DNA of 64,000 nucleotides from Eledone cirrhosa (lineage: Eukaryota), in the NCBI GenBank assembly GCA_964016885.1, contig OZ024741.1, positions 53,382,001 through 53,446,000 on the forward strand. The letters run 5' to 3'. Positions 62,201-64,000 of this stretch are shown in pieces. A program made the translations under genes and the position numbers. The notes below the pieces were generated by a model. That model ran no database searches. It was not told the origin of the DNA and was given only the letters and a program-made list of their open reading frames with translations. Positions within the stretch are counted from its first letter, which is position 1; each line of letters begins with the position of its first letter.

Positions 62201-64000
62201 ACCGGAAATGACATGTTTAGCTTCCAGTAACCAGGTCCTAACCTACGCGTCTTATCTAGGTCGACCATACAGATCACAAACTTGTGATCTGAATAGGCGA
62301 CCGTTTCAAAACGTGGACAGCTTACACTATTTCTGTCTATTTTCCTAATGAATATCCTGTCTATATACGATCTAGATGACCCTATGCGGTTAGCCCAGGT
62401 CCACACTGGCGCATTAGGGAAATCTAGTCGATACCTGTCAGACAGTTGGAACTGGCTGATCAGGTTCTTGAGGCTTTTGCAATCCCCGCTCCTATCGGAT
62501 ACTCCCACACAGTCCCAGCGTGCGTCTAAGATGCCGTTCTAGTCCCCCGCTAATAGTAAAGTGCGAGGCGTACCCAGAAAGGCTTCCAGGCGGCTAAAGA
62601 AGTCCGGCCGTCCTGCCCCAGTAGGAGCAAAGACGGCCACCAGTCTAAAGGCACCACCTTCTTTATTGTTCACGTCCAGGACCACCAACTTCCCGTCCGG
62701 GTCCCGGAAGATCGACCTTACCTCGAGATCCAAGCCTTTCCTAAACAGCACTGCCACCCGCCTCCCATTCCCGGCCGGCTAACAGATGCAAAGATCTGAT
62801 AGTCGTCGAAAATGGGGGCTAGTGCGCGCGTGTCGGAAATCCTGGTCTCGCTGACGGCAATTACATCCATTTCTATAGACCTGAGGTCGTTGAGCAGGTG
62901 ACTCTGCTTCCAGGACGATCCCAGGCCTCGAACATTTCTACTCTTAATACAGCCATCTTGGCAGGTTAACAAGAGAGAGAGGAAGGTTTACTTACCTTCC
63001 ATGTTCTTGTGAAGGTCGAGTTGTACGACCACCATAGTTGGTGGGGTTTCTTTTGGGAACCCCTTTAAAAGTCTTGAAGTGGGTTTTACGTTCGGGGTTC
63101 CCACGTCCCGAGGAAAGCTGTCTCGTATTTCTTTGAATATATCGAGCGACATTCGCACCAGAACCAAATCTTCCGGCACGCGAAATGTGCTCGATTTAAA
63201 AATTTCCCCCTCTTTTAGTATATTTTCACTTCGTGCTACGAGGGCCATCAGTTCCTTGTTGGCCCTCCTGACGAGCACGAAGTTTTGTATGTTTTGTTAG
63301 TGTGATTTTATTTGTTTGCCTGGCTGTGGTGGTGATGGTTTTGGTGGTGTTGTTTCGGTTGTATCAGTGTTTGTTGTGAGTGCGATGTCTGTGTTTTCAG
63401 ATGCTTGTGTGTATATTTGTTCTTGCGTCTGTTTAGGTTGTTTGCGTTTGAGGGATTCTGGTGATGGTGATGGGGGTGTTGATGTTGGTGTTATTGGAGA
63501 GATGTTTGCGTGGGTGGTGTCTGCGTATTTTATTGTGGGTGATTTTGTGCTTTGTTGATTTTTTTTTTTCTTTATGTGTTTCCTTTTTTGTATTTTGGGG
63601 GATTTGGGTTTTCCCTCATTTTCACTACTGGTAGATGAGGGGTCTGTGTCTGTAAGTGTGTCTGTATGTATGTTTATGGTTTTACTGGTGTGTCTATTTT
63701 TGGGGGGGAGGGGAAATTTGACAGCTTTCCTCGTTTCTCCCCTGGGTGTTCAATGTTGGTGGTGGTCTTTCTATTGGTGTTGTTGTTGGTGGTTTTGCCA
63801 GTGCTGGTGTTTGTTGTGGTCCTCGCCCGGGCGTCTGCAGCAGCGGAGCCTTTAGACCCCTTGCCTCTTTCAGCAGTTGTGGGCAAAAGGCTCGCAAATG
63901 GGTTTTTTACCCACAAACAAAACACTGCGGCCTTTTGCCTTCTGTAATAATGTGAATGACCGTCCCATTCTGAAGGCGGATGTGGTCCGGGATTGTCTTC
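59288..64000 (-). mobile_element. Tx1-clade LINE, copy 2 (runs off the window), head-to-tail with copy 1
   Basis: Clear homolog of copy 1 across ORF2 and the 3' UTR; more diverged in ORF1. Confidence 0.93.
59564..62956 (-). pseudogene. Tx1 ORF2 copy 2, disrupted
   Basis: Fragments with NVRGL, SRSYIDRIF, SDHK, FRPITLLN, LDQSKAF, GCPLS, YADD. Confidence 0.9.

Overview
This is a gene-poor, AT-rich animal genomic window, dense in microsatellites ((TA)n, (TACA)n, (CA)n, (GA)n, (TAA)n, (TAG/TGG)n). The repeat content suggests an octopus or other cephalopod genome (inference). I could not support any host gene; most short ORFs in the track are translated microsatellites. The identifiable content is almost all mobile DNA: R4/Dong-clade non-LTR retrotransposons (one with an uninterrupted 1212-aa RT-REL ORF), Tx1-clade LINEs, two Naiad-type Penelope-like elements with inverted pseudo-LTRs carrying hammerhead motifs, an RTE-derived bipartite non-autonomous family, many tRNA-derived Meta-domain-like SINEs, and CRE, Tc1/mariner, Helitron and MITE remnants. 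Four observations stand out. (1) The SINE 3' terminus matches the Tx1 3' terminus, and four SINE TSDs all begin with ATTAT, suggesting a Tx1-mobilised, ATT-targeted SINE. (2) Each retroelement clade sits in its own microsatellite type, including an ~18-kb stack of Dong and Tx1 LINEs on opposite strands of (TAA)n. (3) The pLTR hammerheads show stem I covariation and a conserved U-U at the base of stem II. (4) There is a candidate HDV-like pseudoknot at the 5' end of the intact Dong element.
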